From positions 89,714,001-89,778,000 of the forward strand of contig OZ024743.1 in NCBI GenBank assembly GCA_964016885.1: a stretch of DNA of 64,000 nt. The letters run 5' to 3'. The translations under genes and the position numbers were made by a program. Below the pieces are notes generated by a model. That model saw only the letters and a program-made list of their open reading frames with translations. It was not told where the DNA came from and ran no database searches. Shown here in pieces: positions 57,481 through 64,000 of the stretch (its first letter is position 1; each line of letters opens with the position of its first letter). This stretch comes from Eledone cirrhosa (Eukaryota).

Positions 57481-58074
57481 ACACACACACATCCACACAT
57501 ACTTACACAGATATACATACGCATACAAGATACACACACATACACACACTCACTCATATTCTCTTTTTTACACACACAATTACAGATACACACACACACA
57601 CACACACACATAGACACACACAAGGAGATGAAAGGTCACGTTAGATAAAATAAAACCAATACTAGTACCCACAATCAATATGTAAACGACACTTCTCTAT
57701 TCAAAAGGTACTTCAATCTTTGTGGTTTTTCATTCGACTGTAGCCATATGTAAGTTTATCTTCTTCCCTTAATGTATTTTTTATTCTTTTGTGTTCAAAT
57801 CCCGCCAAGGTTAGCTTTACCTTTCATCCTTACGTAGTCGATAAAATAAAGTACCAGTATCGTACTGGAGTCGATCTAATCGACTTTCTCCTCTGCCTAA
57901 GTTGTTGTCTTAATTGTTTTCATTGTTGAACATTATATTTGTAGTTTACTTTGTAGTTTTTGAATACCTAACGACGTATAATAAGATACCACTTTTCAAC
58001 AAAAGTAAATTTGGTTTTGTTTCAATGGGATAATCATATCAACACTACATTGAGTTCAAAACGGGTTATACGTT

Positions 58075-58520
58075 ACTAGACCTGAAAAATGCGCAAGCTC
58101 AGAAGAGCCACAGAATGTTATAATAAACCTTCAAAAGTGTGGGACTAGAGTTGTTGCTCAAAAATATTGTAATCATTAGCTATCGTACACTCTGTGGCAT
58201 CCTTTTATAAAAAAGAGGTTCATAATGAACTCAAGACGACACGATAATTATTTAAGCTAATGTTCAATATCTCATATTAGATGTTTAGTAATGATTAATA
58301 CGAAATGCATTTAAACCGAATTCTATATTATAAATTCCCTTAAATAATTATCGTATCGTCTTGAGTTCATTATGAGTCTCTTTTTTTATAAAAGGATGCC
58401 ACAGAGTGTACGATAGATAATGATTACAATATTTTTGAGCAACAACTCTACTCCCACACTTTTGAAGGTTTATTATAACATTATGTGGCTCTTTTGAGCT
58501 TGCGCATTTTTCAGGTCTAG
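58075..58520. mobile_element. Foldback/MITE with ~180-bp inverted arms
   Basis: 58075-58256 is the reverse complement of 58340-58520 with a few mismatches. Termini are ACTAGACCTG and CAGGTCTAGT. Confidence 0.75.
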
Positions 58521-59239
58521 TTTAATTTTTTTTAAGGCAACGCTTGTTAGTTAAACATGATATATATTAATAATAAATTATCGTTGTAATGTAATTAGAT
58601 TATATAATTGTTATTTTTAAAATGATCTTATAAATATTATTGTAGGATGTATAAAAATATTTTCAGACTTTTAATATAAACAACTACAACAAACAATCAA
58701 TATTAAATAAATATATTTTACATAATAATTGTTATAGTTGAATTAATAAAAATTAAATATTACATACAAATAGTCTAACATAATAATAAAAAAATAATCT
58801 AACATAAAACGAACAATAATATGGACAAATATACAAGCAAATATGATAAAACCAATATTATAAGCATGTTATAACGAACTGAAAATAAAATAGTTAATAT
58901 AAATTTTTAAAAATCATATATAAATTAACAATATAACTTACCAAAACGAGAAAAACGACGAAATAATAGAGGAAGATCGAAAGCGAAACGATAAATAAAC
59001 GTGCAAATAAAATGGCGGATGCTTTTGAGCAACAATTACTCTCGTTGGTTGATTAGCCAATAAGACGATACATTACAAAATATGTTTGGCAGGGATCAAC
59101 ACGGTCAGCGATACTCCTTGAATTTTTTATTCACAAGCTACGCATGTATGTCACAGACACGCAGACTTAAAACATTCTGTTGTTAGTCACTGCGTGTCTG
59201 ACAGATACCTTAATTAACTAGAATATGTATATATGTACA

Positions 59240-59540
59240 CACACATATGGTTTCTTATATAGGCACACACAAATGGTTTCTTATATAGACACACACATAT
59301 GGTTTCTTATATAGACACACACATGGTTTCTTATATAGGCACAAAGCCAGCAATTTGGTGGCAAGGGAAAGTCGATTAAATCGACCCCAGTGCATGACTG
59401 GTACTTTATTTTATCGACTCCGTAAGGGTGAAAAGCAAAGTTAACCTCGGCAGAATTTGAACTCAGATCATAAAGAGCCGTAACTCTATACTGCGAAGCA
59501 TGGTGTCCGACCTTCTACCGATACTGCCAATCCACCGCCC
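59240..59540 (-). mobile_element. Long-form Meta-like SINE with its 3' tail tandemly reiterated four times
   Basis: ATGGTTTCTTATATAG(G)CAC occurs four times at 59247-59345, followed by the SINE body in reverse complement. Confidence 0.85.
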
Positions 59541-59740
59541 TCACACACACATAATGGTACCGAAATGAACCATTTGTTCTTACATTCAATGCAGATTCTC
59601 TCCTGTTAAAGTTGATATGTTCTATTGTACGTATATATCATTAGATATATATATATGTATATATATGTTATGCACTATTTTGTAATGATTGAATGGTCAG
59701 ATTTATTCTTTGAGCTTATTCTTTCAAAACATACTTACCT

Positions 59741-59812
<72 letters not shown>

Positions 59813-59819
<7 letters not shown>

Positions 59820-60647
59820 TAAATAACAGATTAAAGTTTAAGCAAAGAATCGCTGCTTTCACCCTTAACGGGATCTTCTGAAACTAACAAAGTCAATCTG
59901 TAAACGCAGAACTGGATATTTCAAAAAACGTTGCAACCGGAGGAAGACAGGAAGACGATACTTTGGTTCGTGGAAACGTTCGCTGGCAAAGAACGGGAAA
60001 AAACGAATAATACGTCATTAATAGGAGCGGAGAAAAACAATTACGCGCAAAGAGAGAACCACGTTTATGGTATAAAAGAGGTCGTAGACTAATGTTCTTT
60101 ACTTTGTTCTTAACTCTGTAGCGGAGATTCATTTGGTCTCCTAGTTAGAATTTTAGTCTACGACTTCTGCTATACCATTTACGTGGTTTTGTCTTTGCGT
60201 GCTGTTGTTCTCCACGCTCCACATATGACTCATTATCTTTGTTTTTTCGTTCATTGCCAGAGAACGTCTCTATGCACCACCTAAGAGAACATTAGTCTAC
60301 GACCTCTTTTATACCATAAACGTGGTTCTCTCTTTGCGCGTAATTGTTTTTCACCGCTCCTATTAATGACGTATTATTCGTTTTTTCCCGTTCTTTGCCA
60401 GCGAACGTTTCCACGAACCAAAGTATCGTCTTCCTCCGGTTGCAACGTTTTTTGAAATATCCAGTTCTGCGTTTACAGATTGACTTTGTTAGTTTCAGAA
60501 GATCCCGTTAAGGGTGAAAGCAGCGATTCTTTGCTTAAACTTTAATCTGTTATTTAATAAATATTTGCTCTACGGTTCTTATATATTTGATATATATTTA
60601 TCCTTATCGAGCCCTCTTTGGATTTTAGTCTTCAATTTTATTATTAT

Positions 60648-60650
<3 letters not shown>
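59813..60650 (+). mobile_element. Family G TA-embedded cassette with ~280-bp near-perfect inverted arms
   Basis: Arms 59813-60098 and 60286-60563. A unique 3' tail runs to 60650. (TA)n flanks. Confidence 0.85.
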
Positions 60651-60696
<46 letters not shown>

Positions 60697-60923
60697 CTGC
60701 TAGATGGAGTAGAAATTTGTAGACCAGGAAAAAGAGGAGGCATAGAACAAATAGTCATTGAGGAGGTCACCGGATATGTGACGAAAGGACTTTGACAAAA
60801 GAATGAATATCGAACAATAAAGATACAGATAGAATGAAAATTATATGGTACATGTGTTTCTTCCTATTGACAATATTGGCAACATAACCGTCACCAAATA
60901 TAACAATCTACCTATCTATCTAC

Positions 60924-60990
<67 letters not shown>

Positions 60991-61178
60991 TATATATATA
61001 TATATATATATAGGGCGGGTAATATATATATATATATATATATAATATAGAAATGGCTTCTAAAAGACTAGAGCTGTTTCATTAAGGAAAGCTTTCTGAT
61101 GATTTCTATATCAAACTTGTTGTTTACACTCTACTATGAGTCCCTGCCACACACACGCACACACACACACACACACAC

Positions 61179-61265
<87 letters not shown>

Positions 61266-61319
61266 ATATATAAGGATGAAAGCAGGGATTCTTTGCTTAA
61301 ACTTTAATCTGTTCTTATA

Positions 61320-61388
<69 letters not shown>

Positions 61389-61410
61389 TATATATAAATA
61401 TATATATATA

Positions 61411-61797
61411 AATCGATCACCAATACATAGTTGTAACCAGTCAATTCATCAGAGCTAGCGAGAATGCTCTGATGAATTGACTGGTTACAACTATGTATTG
61501 GTGATCGATTGACGTGAAAACAGGCGGGTAGCGATCTCTAGACCTACCAGTTCAGAGAAACAATTGTCAGCAATGTGATTAAAAACCTTTTTTGTATAGC
61601 AAACCATGTCACTCTTCTTTCTTGATTTATCATTACTCCAAGTGTTAACAACATATGAATCACCGCGTACTCACAGCATCACTATGGAAACGCCTTGTTG
61701 AGTCAAACTTAGCCAAGCGTTGATATCATCCACTACTCGGAGTACCCTAACTGGACTACACCTAAGTAGACTACCTATAACAATAATTTGTTATCCC

Positions 61798-61798
<1 letters not shown>
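61411..61798 (+). mobile_element. Family E TA-embedded cassette with perfect 45-bp inverted arm
   Basis: Arms 61411-61455 and 61466-61510. Contains the HHR at 61465-61572. Confidence 0.85.
61465..61572 (+). ncRNA. Type-I hammerhead with ~80-nt extended stem II
   Basis: TGCT-CTGATGA-A-TTGACTGGT...ACCAGTTCAG-A-GAAA-C-AATT-GTC-AGCA. Confidence 0.7.
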
Positions 61799-61856
<58 letters not shown>

Positions 61857-62149
61857 ATGCATGTATGTATGTATGTATATAAACAAAGCAAATCTAGTTT
61901 GGAAATTCAAGAAAATTAACTCTATCAATATCATGCGATTCTGTATGGTAAGTGAATGTTTATATTTTGGGTCTTTCAGTTAAATGTGTCTTACAGTGAC
62001 GTGAGAAAACAATATAACAAAACGAGGAGGTATCAAATTATTATCAAAATAACACATAATGTTGCCGTGTTGTTGCTTAAGCGAATAAATATATAAACAG
62101 AGATAGTGATGCAGAGTTTAGAAATATTTTATAAATTCTCCGAATTGAG

Positions 62150-62415
62150 AGATGACAGCTCCAATACTATTAGCATGTGGTTAGAATGTCTCGGGAAAGA
62201 ATCGCTGGATAGACTTTTACAGGCAAAACAAACTGGCCCGAGACCCAGGGGTAGACACCGAGCAAGATGGTTGAATAACATCCATGAGCTTGGCTGGTCT
62301 TACTTGGGGATGCAGCCGGATCAGTTGGGGACGGTTGCTTCTGACAGGATCTGCTGGAAGGAGTGTTTAAGGATTCTGCCCCCAACAAGTCTCCCAAGAA
62401 GAAGAAGAAGAAGAA
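62150..62415 (+). pseudogene. RTE-type LINE 3' end with (GAA)n tail
   Basis: ORF 62106..62444 reads TGPRPRGRHRARWLNNI..VASDRICWKECLRILPP. Confidence 0.75.
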
Positions 62416-62956
62416 GCGCAGTAATCCCACATATGGAATTATGAGGAGAAACTCTACTAATATAGATCTTGGCTGAACATATGGGTGTTGTAAACCTCCG
62501 GATTGCCGAGACACACTTCATTAATAAGCTAAAGCACCCACTGAACCACCGGATCGAGCTGGACTCAGGAATACATATACATACTGTATCCCTGAACTAT
62601 GGCAGTGCCTGTCTACTCGATTTATTAGGATATTGATGGAAAAAAAGCATACAAACATTATGTTTGATGATGAGTTTTAAATCGGAAAGCGCTCACAACC
62701 GAACGTGGCCCATCTAACCTGCAACAACACTTTCTAGTCCAGGGTTATTTCTTAATTGTTTCAATTTATTTTAGTTTGAACTATTCTAGTTTATGGTCTC
62801 TCCCTCCATCCACCCGGTTAAGTATTAAGATATACACGAGCAACAAACGTCGACCATATGGATAAGAAAACAGATTGAATTCCAGCTGAACCATACAAAA
62901 TTGTATGCATATTTAAATCACACACACACTATATATATATATATATATATATATAT

Positions 62957-63037
62957 GTCACCCACAGTTAGTAGGGTACTCAATACATTAGTAGAGAGTA
63001 AGCATGAAGTTTAATATAGAAATGGCTTCTATATTAA

Positions 63038-63043
<6 letters not shown>
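62957..63043 (-). mobile_element. Very short TA-embedded cassette with 15-bp inverted repeat
   Basis: AAGTTTAATATAGAA/TTCTATATTAAACTT. ATAGAAATGGCTTCTA is shared with the fragments at 56701 and 61047. Confidence 0.55.
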
Positions 63044-63135
<92 letters not shown>

Positions 63136-64000
63136 TGCAGTAGAAATTGAATTTTTATCATTTAAGATTTAATGCACGGTATAACTTATTAAATAATTAT
63201 ACATTCTCTCTGATAAAAGTAAACAAAATGTTTACCCCTCGTATGTCTGTTGACCGATCGATTTAGAATGGTCAGCCATAGCAATTTACTTTTATAAGCC
63301 AGCAAGGCACGCGTTAACAAATCACTGAAACTTTAGAGTTTACAAGCCATTATAGTTTACAATTACACATCCTTCCTTTGCTACGAATGAAACTCTTCAT
63401 TCATGCATCTGCTTAGCCGTGCGAATTCTCAAAGCAGTAACTTATTTCTGCTTGTTCCCCACCCAAAGTATGTCTATTCTCATTTTCACCCCAACGAAAT
63501 TATTATTTCATTTATATTACAGAGAAATGACCCGCCCTAACCGCGTGATATTCAAAAATCCCTATTATTAATATCCAGTTGTAAAGCTTTATACTTATTA
63601 ATGATGTCATTTTAAAAACTTGTCATTCATAACTAATTCAAATCTGCACTAAAAATCTTTCGTAATTAACAATACAAACTGCTTCTTTTTAAAAAGAAAT
63701 ATTACTTAAACTGTAATCTTCTTTAAAATACACGAACTGTTATTAATATTAAGTTATACTGCTTATTAGTTTTATACTACTTAGTATAATTACTCACATC
63801 ACTTAAACCGGGCATGTCTACATACTACAGGTGGAAAAATATTGAAATAACCGCTTTATGTAAATATAATTACTAAGCCTTTCTTTTCTTCTCTGCACAA
63901 CTCCTACCTATGTTCTCTTATATAACGTCCAGACAGAAGCTCAACATTGTGATTAGCAACATTTTTGTTTGTTCTGTGACGTAAACAAATAGTCCTTCAT

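Overview
AT-rich eukaryotic (animal) non-coding DNA. The SINE families and repeat landscape look cephalopod or octopus-like, which is an inference. I found no credible host protein-coding gene: nearly all ORFs in the track are microsatellite translations or retroelement debris. The window holds dense (TA)n/(CA)n/(GA)n tracts, about 30 copies of a tRNA-derived SINE with a Meta-like core, and remnants of R4/Dong, RTE, Tx1-like and CR1-like LINEs. It also holds a non-autonomous Helitron, several MITE/foldback elements and a 3.3-kb 52-bp satellite with higher-order structure. The most striking signal is about 20 short non-coding cassettes (0.1-0.9 kb, several sequence families) embedded in (TA)n tracts. 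Many carry minimal type-I hammerhead ribozymes (HHR) with covarying stems and a 1-2 bp stem III closed by a usually palindromic loop. Many also have a 5' inverted partial duplication, and most share an RCTC...GAGY hairpin near the 3' end. A decayed Penelope-like (Neptune-type) ORF fragment lies at ~37.9-38.2 kb. Together this suggests a multi-family, TA-microsatellite-associated, ribozyme-bearing, Penelope-derived or retrozyme-like system. All coordinates were read by eye, and element boundaries are approximate.
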